DNA from: Verrucomicrobiota bacterium
Lineage (GTDB): Bacteria; Verrucomicrobiota; Verrucomicrobiia; Limisphaerales; UBA11358
Direction: 5' to 3'
Assembly (NCBI GenBank): GCA_050010435.1
Contig: JBEKKZ010000005.1
Location: 45,544 to 109,543, forward strand
DNA length: 64,000 nt
Positions 44,594 through 53,011 of this stretch are shown piece by piece. Position 1 is the first letter of the stretch; every line of letters starts with the position of its first letter. The position numbers were made by a program, and so were the translations under genes. The notes below the pieces were generated by a model. The model was not told the DNA's origin, did no database searches, and saw only the letters and a list, made by a program, of their open reading frames with translations.

Positions 44594-44617
44594 GTAGCAG
44601 CCGACGTGAGGAGGCTC
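44594..44617 (+). repeat. REP singlet, family C-like
   Basis: GTAGCAGCCGACGTGAGGAGGCTC resembles the right-arm complement of family C (GTAGCCGCCGACGTGAGTCGGCGC). Confidence 0.6.
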
Positions 44618-44624
44618 ATCATTT

Positions 44625-44698
44625 TCGATTTACGATATGCGATTTACGCGTCGCGCATGAATTGTGGAAGGATTCGTAAATCGTAAATCGCATATCGA
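44625..44698. repeat. Hairpin built from tandem heptamers (CGATTTA-type)
   Basis: tcgatttacgatatgcgatttacg (44625-44648), about 25-nt loop, cgtaaatcgtaaatcgcatatcga (44675-44698). The arms pair with a few mismatches. Confidence 0.8.
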
Positions 44699-44817
44699 GA
44701 CCTCTGAAAAATGCCCTTTCATCGTAGCGGCGGTCGGCAGACCGCCGCATTTCTCCAGCAAATTGAAGAGTGCGGCTCTCTGCCGAGAAGCCGCTACGCC
44801 GGTTTTGCAGAGGTTTC
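44697..44817 (-). repeat. REPIN-like doublet, family G, copy G3 (complete, with terminal inverted repeats)
   Basis: GAGACCTCTGAAAAA...GTAGCGGCGGTCGGCAGACCGCCGC...GCGGCTCTCTGCCGAGAAGCCGCTAC...TTTTGCAGAGGTTTC; reverse complement of G1. Confidence 0.85.
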
Positions 44818-44963
44818 ATATCGTTAATTCAGTTTGAGCCTCGTTACCTCGGCTGCCACGGGGATCTGAAGCGGCCTTACCGGTCCCGGCCGTTTCCATT
44901 TCGTAACACTACTTTAACCGGACCGTCATTGAGCCCGGCACGAGTCGGGGTAAGTTATCCGGA

Positions 44964-45344
44964 ATGGTGCCGCGTATTTTGATTGTGGATGATGAACTCG
45001 ATTTCGTCGAGTTGGTGCAATATCGCCTCGCCGGGTTGGGTTGCGAATTCATTGTGGCCAACAATGGGGTGCAGGCGTTGAGCCAGGCGCGGCAGTTCAA
45101 ACCGGATTTGATCCTGCTCGACATCTTGCTGCCCGACCTTGATGGTCTGTCCGTTTGTAAAATTCTGCGCCGCCAGCCGGCCACTAAAAAAACCCCGGTG
45201 ATTTTCATGAGCGCGCTTTCCAGCGAAGTGACCAAACGCACCGTGGCGGTGCATGCCGAGGATTTTTTCATCAAGCCGCTCGACTTGGAACGACTCGAAC
45301 ACCGCATCGCCGACTTGTTGCATCCCGAGCCGGTGGTGAAATGA
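44964..45344 (+). CDS. Stand-alone response-regulator receiver (CheY-like)
   Basis: ILIVDDELD, DLILLDILLPDLDG, VIFMSA, FFIKP; 126 aa with no output domain. Confidence 0.85.
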   Translation: MVPRILIVDDELDFVELVQYRLAGLGCEFIVANNGVQALSQARQFKPDLILLDILLPDLDGLSVCKILRRQPATKKTPVIFMSALSSEVTKRTVAVHAEDFFIKPLDLERLEHRIADLLHPEPVVK

Positions 45345-45423
45345 GCTGCCAAGCCAATTTCAACCTCCGTACAATAGGACAGAACTCCGCGGAAAATATA
45401 ACGGAAACATCCGCCCGGCAATT

Positions 45424-45612
45424 TTATGTTAATACCGGGGACTGACTTAACCACAAGTGAGCACAGATGAAGATTGCCAGCCCTATCCCGACGCGTATTG
45501 GTGGTCTTCCAGCGGCATCGAGTGTTCCGTTTTTGGTCACAGAGATCTTCCACGTGTTGCTGACTATTGCCCAAACTAATCCGAGCCATAATCCGATAAG
45601 ATAAACATTCAA
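45424..45612 (-). CDS. Possible small two-TM protein (62 aa, TTG start)
   Basis: Part of track ORF 45424..45726. (M)NVYLIGLWLGLVWAIVSNTW...IGIGLAIFICAHLWL has two hydrophobic helices; low G+C. The start is uncertain and there is no homology support. Confidence 0.3.
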   Translation of the reverse strand: MNVYLIGLWLGLVWAIVSNTWKISVTKNGTLDAAGRPPIRVGIGLAIFICAHLWLSQSPVLT

Positions 45613-45709
45613 TTCCGACAAATAGTTGCAAGAGAATTGGTTCTTTTGGCTGTGCGGCCCGGATTTTGCGTTAACGAGAACGCCAAACACATCTAAAAAT
45701 GCCAAAGGC

Positions 45710-46762
45710 ATGAAACACGTCATCAATATTGCCGGTTACCTGTTGGTACTGGCCGGGTGCAGCTTTGCTGCTTGGTCGGCCTATGTCATCCTCTCCGAAT
45801 CTTATGTTACTGTGGGGGCCGGGGGCACTTCGGGCTTCGCACCCCGACCAAGGATTGTGATCACCAGCCCGGCCACGGACGTGGTTTCACAACCTATGAT
45901 TCAAGTCATCGGCTTCTTTCCAACAGAGATCAAAACTATTACTTACGACATAGCTAATGCCGCAGGAACAAATAAGAGCCAAACCGATCGGCAGTATAAT
46001 GCAATGGTAACCAGCCAGTTTTTTGACCGGGCAAAAGCTGACCGGATGAGGCAAGAAATGTTTAAAAATCGGAATAAACCCTGGAAACCGGGTTCGAAAA
46101 TGGAACAGCCCGAATTTGTATTCACCACCAACTTCTTTCAGTTATATGACATCAATTTAGCCAAAGGAAAAAACTGCATTACCATTCACGTAAGGGACAA
46201 TAGCGGCAGGCAATATTCAACGAGGAGATTCTACACACTGGATTACACCGGCGACAAAATCCCGCCTGTGTTGACGCTGATCTGGCCCACGAATAATTGT
46301 GAAGTGGCGGGCGACGACTTTACGTTAAATGCCCGGGTGGATGATAACAACGCCACCATTAAAACGACCATCAAGGATGCTCAAGGTGGAATCCATGAAG
46401 GATATGCCATAGTTGAGCGCAACGGATTGGTATGGGTTAAAAACCTGCCAGTCCACTCGGGTTCGAATGAAGTGACCGTTGTGGCGACGGATGCTGCCGG
46501 CAATTCCAGCACCAACCGTTTCAATGTTGGCAGATCTTCCGTAACAGTTACCATGCAACCACTCGAACCCGACCAGCTAAACAAGCCGCTCGTCAACGTC
46601 CATGGAACGATAAGCGACGCCTCTTGCGGGGTTAAGGTCAATGGCGCGGAAGCAACAGTCCATTCGAATGGGACATGGGAGGCTCAGAAAGTGCGGGTCA
46701 GCCCAGCCGGCATGGCAGTTTTCAATATGTCAGTCTTCCGCAAACCGAAGGCACAACCATGA
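45710..46762 (+). CDS. Membrane-anchored beta-rich (Ig-like) protein, paralog 1
   Basis: Signal-anchor MKHVINIAGYLLVLAGCSFAAW; shares ITSP..V..P.IQ..G.F, YTLD, PP...WP.N...AG..FTL.A.V.D and VVA.DAAGNSST blocks with the next gene. Confidence 0.7.
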   Translation: MKHVINIAGYLLVLAGCSFAAWSAYVILSESYVTVGAGGTSGFAPRPRIVITSPATDVVSQPMIQVIGFFPTEIKTITYDIANAAGTNKSQTDRQYNAMVTSQFFDRAKADRMRQEMFKNRNKPWKPGSKMEQPEFVFTTNFFQLYDINLAKGKNCITIHVRDNSGRQYSTRRFYTLDYTGDKIPPVLTLIWPTNNCEVAGDDFTLNARVDDNNATIKTTIKDAQGGIHEGYAIVERNGLVWVKNLPVHSGSNEVTVVATDAAGNSSTNRFNVGRSSVTVTMQPLEPDQLNKPLVNVHGTISDASCGVKVNGAEATVHSNGTWEAQKVRVSPAGMAVFNMSVFRKPKAQP

Positions 46763-47817
46763 AATTCCCCAAGTTCAATACTATTGCCATCATCGTTATT
46801 GTGTTGGGTGTTCTCGGAGGAGCCTTTTGGGTCTCAAGAGTTCCTTATCGGGAAGATGAACCAATTGCCGCATCGGCTACGACATCCGGAGCAACACCCG
46901 CTCCAACACCTCCGAAACCAATCTTTGTGGTCATCACCAGCCCCACGAACGGGGTTGTCGGTGCACCCTTGATTCAACTGAAGGGCAATTTTGTAGGCAG
47001 TATTTCCAGCATTACCTATGATGTGCTCAATTCCGAAGGTTGTCGGACCAACCAAAGAAATTATGTCATCAACTGGGGTCCGGGACCGGAAGAGGTTGCT
47101 ACAAATTATTTTGAATGCCCCAACCTGCCGCTTTCCAAAGGAACCAATCAGATCGTTCTGCACACCTTGTTCGACGATGGCCGCAATTTAACCAACCAAG
47201 TTACCTATGTGCTGGATTTTAGTAACTGGACCAACCCGCCCGAAATAAAAATCCTGTGGCCGTCAAACGAAACCAGCATTGCGGGATCAATGTTCACCTT
47301 GCAGGCACAAGTAGCCGACCCGACCACCACCATCCATGTATCGGTGTCCCATCAAAGCACTCCTCCCCTTGAATTCGATGACGCCATCGTTGAGCACAAC
47401 GGTCGGGTGATTGTAAAGGATTTGCCTTTGGAAGATGGAACCAATGTAATCAGTGTAGTCGCCAGGGATGCCGCCGGCAATTCCAGCACCACCAATTTGA
47501 ACATTTACGGAAGCCCCATCAAAATCACCATGAGGCCAGTAAACCCAGACCAGTTACATCAACAATATGCCACCGTCTCAGGAATGATTAGCGATGCCAG
47601 CCTGACGGTATGGGTTAATGGCCAGCAGGCAACGGTTTCCACCAACGGTCAGTGGACGGCAGACAACGTGACTCTCGCGCAAACCCGGACAATACATTCC
47701 TTTAAACCGGGATTCCAACAGTTCGGTTACCGGCCGAATGTCACCTTCTATTTTACGGTTTCGGCGTTTAAAGAAAAGGCAATGGTTGCCACTCAACGAT
47801 TTGAGGCCAGCCCTTAA
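46759..47817 (+). CDS. Membrane-anchored beta-rich (Ig-like) protein, paralog 2
   Basis: ATG 46759 overlaps the previous stop (ATGA). MKFPKFNTIAIIVIVLGVLGGAFW anchor; colinear similarity to paralog 1 (roughly one-third identity by eye). Confidence 0.7.
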   Translation: MKFPKFNTIAIIVIVLGVLGGAFWVSRVPYREDEPIAASATTSGATPAPTPPKPIFVVITSPTNGVVGAPLIQLKGNFVGSISSITYDVLNSEGCRTNQRNYVINWGPGPEEVATNYFECPNLPLSKGTNQIVLHTLFDDGRNLTNQVTYVLDFSNWTNPPEIKILWPSNETSIAGSMFTLQAQVADPTTTIHVSVSHQSTPPLEFDDAIVEHNGRVIVKDLPLEDGTNVISVVARDAAGNSSTTNLNIYGSPIKITMRPVNPDQLHQQYATVSGMISDASLTVWVNGQQATVSTNGQWTADNVTLAQTRTIHSFKPGFQQFGYRPNVTFYFTVSAFKEKAMVATQRFEASP

Positions 47818-48015
47818 ACTCGAAGAAAAGGGACTGGCTTGCAATTTTGAAACTGGAGGATGGAGAACCCAATGGTGTTTTGGCAGCCCTTGAAGTTATG
47901 GATCGTCAGGAAACTCGCCCCAACTAAACTGACCCACGCCAACCTCCGCTTCGCTTGACACAGCTGCATGCAGGCTTCATTTTCACATCCGCATAAGTGA
48001 TTTTTTATTGGCCGA

Positions 48016-50955
48016 ATGCACAACTTATTCAACACACTCCGGAAATTTGACCTCGGCGGCGGCAGGCAGGGATCGTTCTATTCCCTGCCCGCGCTGGAAG
48101 AGGCCGGCGTCGGGCCGGTTTCCCAATTGCCCGTCTCCATCCGCCTCGTGCTCGAGTCCGTGCTCCGCAATTGCGACGGCAAAAAGGTCAGCGAACAAAA
48201 CGTGCGCGCGCTGGCGAATTGGAAGCCAACTGAAACCCGCACGGAGGAAATTCCGTTTATCGTCGCGCGCATCGTGCTGCAGGATTTCACCGGCGTGCCG
48301 CTGCTGGTGGATTTGGCGGCGATGCGCTCCGCCGTTCAACGGCTGGGCAAAAATCCGAAAATCATCGAGCCACTCGTGCCGGTGGATCTGGTCGTGGACC
48401 ATTCGGTGCAGGTGGATTTTGCGGGCAGCGTGGATGCGTTTCAGAAGAATCTGGACATGGAATTCCGGCGCAATCGCGAGCGTTATCAATTTCTCAAATG
48501 GGGCATGCAGGCCTTCGACACGTTCAAGGTCGTGCCGCCCGGCATCGGCATCGTCCATCAGGTCAACTTGGAATATCTCGCCAAGGGCGTGCTCAGTAGC
48601 GCAGGCGTCTCGCCTGCACAGAGCAATGGGAATGCAGCCGGGACGGCTGCGCTACTTTATTATCCGGACACGCTGGTTGGCACGGATTCGCACACGACAA
48701 TGATCAATAGCCTCGGCATCGTGGGTTGGGGTGTCGGCGGTATCGAGGCTGAAGCCGGCATGCTGGGCCAGCCGGTTTATTTCCTCACGCCGGACGTCGT
48801 CGGCGTGCATCTCACCGGCGCGTTGCGCGAGGGCGTCACCGCCACCGACCTCGCGCTCACCATCACGGAAATGCTCCGCAAGGCAAAGGTCGTCGGCAAG
48901 TTCGTCGAATTTTTCGGTCCCGGCGCGGCGGCGTTGCCGGTTGTGGACCGCGCGACGATGGCGAACATGGCGCCCGAATACGGCGCGACGATGGGTTTCT
49001 TCCCGATTGATGCCGAGTGCGTAAATTATCTCCGCGCCACGGGCCGCAGCGAAGAGCTTTGCCTGACCTACGAAAATTATTACCGCGCGCAGGGTTTGTT
49101 CGGCATTCCCAGGAAGGGCGACATCGCCTACTCGCAGGAACTGGAACTCAACCTTGGCATGGTGGTTCCCAGCGTGGCCGGCCCGAAGCGCCCGCAGGAT
49201 CGCATCGAACTGCCGAAGTTGAGAGACGCGTTCATGAAGGCGATGACGCGTTCGGTCATGGACAATGGCTTCGGCAAGCGCTTCGAGGAGCTGTATGTAA
49301 CCGCGCGGGTCAACACGGCGCGGGAGGCCCATCCGCCCATTAATCACAGCTATGGCCATCGCAAGCTGGGCGTGGATCCCAGCGAATCCGAGATGCGCGA
49401 CCAGCACCCCGCGCCCCACACCTCGGAGCATGTGCCTTCCACGACGTTTCGCGGGGTGCAGTCCGAAATTCGCCACGGCAGCGTGCTCATCGCGGCCATC
49501 ACCAGTTGTACGAACACGTCGAATCCCAGCGTCATGCTCGCCGCCGGTTTGCTGGCGAAGAAGGCCGTGGAATGCGGACTCAGCGTGAATCCCGTCGTCA
49601 AAACCTCGCTCGCCCCCGGCTCGCGTGTGGTGAGCGATTACCTGGACCGGACCGGCCTGCAATTCTACCTCGATCAGCTCGGCTTCAACCTCGTGGGTTA
49701 CGGCTGCACGACTTGCATCGGCAACTCCGGTCCCCTGCCGGCCACGGTCGAAGACGCGATCAACAAATACGACCTGGTCGTGGCCTCCGTCCTTTCGGGC
49801 AACCGCAACTTCGAGGCGCGCGTGCATCAGAGCATCAAGGCGAACTTCCTCATGTCGCCACCGCTCGTTGTCGCCTTTGCGCTCGCGGGCCGCGTGGACA
49901 TTGACCTGAGCCGCGAGCCGATCGGCACGGGCAAGAATGGCCGGCCGGTTTATCTTCGCGACCTCTGGCCAAGCCTGCGTGAAATCCGCGACCTCATGCA
50001 AACCGCGTTGCAGCCGGAAGTTTATCGCAGGCTGTTCAAGGATTTTGCGGCGCAGAATCCCAAGTGGAACGAAATCCCCTCGTTCACCGGCAATGTTTTC
50101 GTATGGGACCGCCGGTCCACTTACATACAGGAACCGCCGTTCTTCGAGAAGTTCCTGCTGCAAGCCGGGGAAATTCGTGAAATCAAGGGTGCGCGAGCGC
50201 TGGCCATTTTTGGCGACAGCGTGACGACCGACCACATTTCACCCGCTGGATCCATCAAGAAGACATCGCCGGCTGGAAAATATCTCATCGAAAACGGTGT
50301 CGAACCGGCGGACTTCAACAGCTACGGCTCGCGGCGGGGCAACGACCGGGTGATGACGCGCGGCACGTTCGCCAATGTCCGCATCAAAAACCTCATGGTG
50401 CCTGGAGTTGAAGGTGGGGTGACCAGATTTTTTGGTAGCCGCGTTCGTGAGAATGCGGATGCCACAGGTGAAAAGCCCGGCGCTTTCACAAGCGCCGCTA
50501 CGGGGGAGGTGATGCCGATTTACGACGCCGCCATGAAATATCGGACTGCCGGCGTTCCGCTGGTGGTGATTGCCGGACAGGAGTACGGCACCGGTTCATC
50601 CCGTGACTGGGCTGCGAAAGGCACGAACCTGCTCGGCGTGAAGGCCGTCGTGGCGCAGAGCTTCGAGCGCATCCACCGCAGCAACCTTGTCGGCCTGGGC
50701 GTGCTGCCGCTGCAATTCAAGGAAGGCACGACGGCACAGACGCTCAACCTCGATGGCACGGAGACCTACGACATCGTCGGCCTTGGCGCGAATTTGAAAC
50801 CGCAGCAGGATTTGACGCTGAAAATCACGCGCCAGGACGGCGGCGTGGAAGATGTGCCCGTGCGTTGCCGGATTGATACGCCGATTGAAATTGATTACTA
50901 CCAGCATGGCGGCATTTTGCCCTACGTGCTGCGGCAGTTGGTGGCGAAGGCGTGA
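48016..50955 (+). CDS. acnA: Aconitate hydratase A
   Basis: 979 aa; [33 protein letters not shown] Fe-S ligand regions, C-terminal swivel domain ([19 protein letters not shown]). Two palindromes are translated in frame. Confidence 0.95.
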   Translation: MHNLFNTLRKFDLGGGRQGSFYSLPALEEAGVGPVSQLPVSIRLVLESVLRNCDGKKVSEQNVRALANWKPTETRTEEIPFIVARIVLQDFTGVPLLVDLAAMRSAVQRLGKNPKIIEPLVPVDLVVDHSVQVDFAGSVDAFQKNLDMEFRRNRERYQFLKWGMQAFDTFKVVPPGIGIVHQVNLEYLAKGVLSSAGVSPAQSNGNAAGTAALLYYPDTLVGTDSHTTMINSLGIVGWGVGGIEAEAGMLGQPVYFLTPDVVGVHLTGALREGVTATDLALTITEMLRKAKVVGKFVEFFGPGAAALPVVDRATMANMAPEYGATMGFFPIDAECVNYLRATGRSEELCLTYENYYRAQGLFGIPRKGDIAYSQELELNLGMVVPSVAGPKRPQDRIELPKLRDAFMKAMTRSVMDNGFGKRFEELYVTARVNTAREAHPPINHSYGHRKLGVDPSESEMRDQHPAPHTSEHVPSTTFRGVQSEIRHGSVLIAAITSCTNTSNPSVMLAAGLLAKKAVECGLSVNPVVKTSLAPGSRVVSDYLDRTGLQFYLDQLGFNLVGYGCTTCIGNSGPLPATVEDAINKYDLVVASVLSGNRNFEARVHQSIKANFLMSPPLVVAFALAGRVDIDLSREPIGTGKNGRPVYLRDLWPSLREIRDLMQTALQPEVYRRLFKDFAAQNPKWNEIPSFTGNVFVWDRRSTYIQEPPFFEKFLLQAGEIREIKGARALAIFGDSVTTDHISPAGSIKKTSPAGKYLIENGVEPADFNSYGSRRGNDRVMTRGTFANVRIKNLMVPGVEGGVTRFFGSRVRENADATGEKPGAFTSAATGEVMPIYDAAMKYRTAGVPLVVIAGQEYGTGSSRDWAAKGTNLLGVKAVVAQSFERIHRSNLVGLGVLPLQFKEGTTAQTLNLDGTETYDIVGLGANLKPQQDLTLKITRQDGGVEDVPVRCRIDTPIEIDYYQHGGILPYVLRQLVAKA
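48595..48656. repeat. REP-like palindrome, family A, translated inside acnA
   Basis: AGTAGCGCAGGCGTCTCGCCTGCA ... TGCAGCCGGGACGGCTGCGCTACT; codon-aligned, reads [21 protein letters not shown]. Confidence 0.9.
50435..50501. repeat. REP-like palindrome, family D-like, translated inside acnA
   Basis: GTAGCCGCGTTCGTGAGAATGCGG ... CCGGCGCTTTCACAAGCGCCGCTAC; reads [23 protein letters not shown] between the conserved GVTRF and [13 protein letters not shown]. Confidence 0.8.
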
Positions 50956-50961
50956 GCAATG

Positions 50962-51028
50962 GGAACGCCGGCCTCCGGCACGGCGCGATGTTATAGCCGA
51001 AACAAGCCGTGCCAAAGGCCGGCGTTCC
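50962..51028. repeat. Palindromic element, family F, copy F3
   Basis: GGAACGCCGGCCTCCGGCACGGC gcgatgttatagccgaaacaa GCCGTGCCAAAGGCCGGCGTTCC. Confidence 0.85.
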
Positions 51029-51032
51029 AAAA

Positions 51033-51791
51033 ATGAAACCGCGAACCAAGCGCGAATATCTGTGCCAACTTGTTGAGGGGAAGAATAAAGCGTTCCGTCC
51101 GCTTACAGATGAAGAGAAGGCGCTGGGCTTCCATGGCTGGCATGAGCGCGGTTATCTGCCGCATTGCGATTATCCTGGTCTCGTTCAATTCGTCACGTTT
51201 CGCCTTGCCGATTCCATGCCAGCCTCACGTCGCGGTGAGTGGGAACATTTGCTCAAGATTGAAGACGATCGGGAGAAGCGCACGAGACTGGAGGAATATC
51301 TTGATCGCGGAGTTGGTGAATGTCATTTGCGCGATCCGCGAATCGCCAAAATTGCCGAAGACGCCATGCTTCATTTTCATAACGAACGCTACGAACTGCT
51401 CGCCTGGTGCGTGATGCTAAATCACGTCCATGTTCTTGTTCATGTCTGGCAGACGCCGCTATGGAAGACGGTGCGAAGTTGGAAACACTTCGTCCAAACA
51501 CAGGCGAATCGATTGCTTGCGGAACACCGGCTTCCAGCACGGCGCGGTGGTGAAAGGAACAGCAACGAGCCGGGCCGGAGGCCGGCGCTCCAATGGCAGC
51601 GGGAATACGGGGATACATTCATGCGGGATGGAGATCAGGAAAGGAAAGCCGTTCGTTACATCGAAAACAATCCGGTGACGGCAAGACTGTGTCGCGTGGA
51701 CAAGGAGTGGCCTTTCAGCAGCGCAAGGTTTCGGGATGAATTTCATCGGCTGTTGATTCCCGCCGGAGCGCCGATCTCCGAATCGGCGTGA
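51033..51791 (+). CDS. REP-associated tyrosine transposase (RAYT; IS200/IS605 Y1 HUH family)
   Basis: YLPHCDYPGLVQFVTFRLADSMP, HUH motif NHVHVLVH, QWQREYGDTFMRD, catalytic Tyr in AVRYIENNPVTARL, WPFSS. ATG 51033 preferred over GTG 51009. Confidence 0.85.
   Translation: MKPRTKREYLCQLVEGKNKAFRPLTDEEKALGFHGWHERGYLPHCDYPGLVQFVTFRLADSMPASRRGEWEHLLKIEDDREKRTRLEEYLDRGVGECHLRDPRIAKIAEDAMLHFHNERYELLAWCVMLNHVHVLVHVWQTPLWKTVRSWKHFVQTQANRLLAEHRLPARRGGERNSNEPGRRPALQWQREYGDTFMRDGDQERKAVRYIENNPVTARLCRVDKEWPFSSARFRDEFHRLLIPAGAPISESA
51521..51591. repeat. Palindromic element, family F, copy F4, translated inside the RAYT gene
   Basis: GGAACACCGGCTTCCAGCACGGCG ... GCCGGGCCGGAGGCCGGCGCTCC; encodes about 24 aa (EHRLPARRGGERNSNEPGRRPAL) between ANRLL and QWQREY. 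Confidence 0.8.
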
Positions 51792-51835
51792 GAATCCGGC
51801 GCCAGCCAACGCGCCGAATCGGAGTGCGGCGCTCC
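51765..51835. repeat. Palindromic element, family F, copy F5
   Basis: GGAGCGCCGATCTCCGAATCGGCG tgagaatccggcgccagccaac GCGCCGAATCGGAGTGCGGCGCTCC. The RAYT stop codon TGA (51789-51791) is in the loop. Confidence 0.85.
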
Positions 51836-51959
51836 CATTGCATCTCGAGGTTTCTCCGGTTTTACCACCGCCACCGCACCGGCCCTGGCCAGATGTGAAC
51901 AAATAAGCCTTGAACCCGCGGATTATTGGCTCACATGATGCCCGTGGTTTTTCTTAATC

Positions 51960-52981
51960 ATGATCGAACTCAAGGTTCAATGCGACTGCGGTCAGAAGTA
52001 CAAGTTCGACGTTGATCCGATCAACGGCCAGATGCCCTTCACCGTGGCTTGTCCGGTCTGCGGTGCTGATGGGACGGAAAAGGCGAACGCGCTCCTGCAG
52101 CAGATGCTGCCTGAGCTGGCGGCTCAACCGGCGGAGCCACCGGTGCCGGTTGTGACGCAACCGAGATTGCGCATCAGCAGTTCCCTTCCTGCAACTTCGC
52201 CGGCATCACCGCCACCCCTGGCCCCGGTGCCGGCCGTGGCGCCGCCACCTCCCATCGGCGCGTTGCGGTCAGCCCCGGAGGCGGCGGCAAAAAAAACCGT
52301 GGGCAACCCAGCTTTGGGCTGGGTTTGCTGGGCGGTGCCCTCGGCGCCTTGGTGGGGACGTTGATTTATTTTTTGATTTTCAAATATACCGGGTTTCGAA
52401 TCAAGTTGCTGGCCGTGGGAGTTGGCGCGCTGGCCGGCTGGGGCGCGGAACTTTTGGGCCGGGGCGAGGGCAGCAAGGAATTGGGCGGGATCACCGCCGT
52501 GTTGGTATTGGCGGGCATCATCGGTGCACAATATTTGGTGGCCTTGGGCTGGTGGCATGAATTTTCCCCCGCCCAAATCTTCAATTCAGCCTACACCAAC
52601 AGCGTTAGGGAGGCGAAGGAGGTGGTCAAGGCGGTCCCCTCCGGTTCCGACGAGGAGATCCGGAGTTACCTGGCCCGGGAACAGGCCAAGGAGAATGCCG
52701 AAGCGGGCGAGAAGCCCAATCCGGCGTCCATTACGAAAGAGGACATCAAGGAATTCCGGGAAAAGAGTCTTCCGGAATTCCAGGAACTGGCCAGTGGTAA
52801 AATGAACAAGGACCAATACAACGCCAAAAACGGAATTGACCCCACGAAATTAAAAAGCGAGGAGGACAGCGAGGAAGGCACTTTCAAGGGGATTTTCCTG
52901 CTCTTGCTGCTGAGCAAAATCAACCTCGTTTCCTTGTGCGGGGCGGCCGGCCTGGCTTACAAAATGAGCACCAACGCGTGA
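51960..52981 (+). CDS. Zinc-ribbon / Pro-rich linker / 4-TM membrane protein that needs a -1 frameshift at an A8 run (or is a frameshifted pseudogene or a homopolymer sequencing error)
   Basis: Frame-0 ORF 51960..52364 (CDCG...CPVCG ribbon, Pro-rich linker) ends 23 codons after the A8 run. The -1 frame is open from before the run and continues ...KKNRGQPSFGLGLLGGALGALVGTLIYFLIF... to 52981. Confidence 0.55.
52289..52328 (+). promoter_or_regulatory. Candidate -1 ribosomal frameshift signal
   Basis: Slippery A_AAA_AAA (52289-52295, codon-phased in frame 0), 7-nt spacer, then a 10-bp stem with one bulge: GCAACCCAGC (52303-52312) pairs with GCTGGGTTTGC (52318-52328). Confidence 0.45.
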
Positions 52982-53011
52982 GGCCCGGGAGAACTGCTGC
53001 CTTCACAGCAG

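Larger units (their letters stand above)
50962..51835 (+). mobile_element. RAYT locus: REP-associated tyrosine transposase gene bracketed by family-F palindromes
   Basis: F3 hairpin 50962-51028 overlaps the start region and F5 hairpin 51765-51835 contains the stop codon. A third F unit (F4) lies inside the CDS. Confidence 0.8.

Noticed and set aside
47964-47973. A perfect 10-bp palindrome CTGCATGCAG between a TTGACA-like hexamer and the acnA start. I considered it as an operator.
   Set aside because: A single short palindrome with no partner site or known motif match. The promoter assignment itself is weak.
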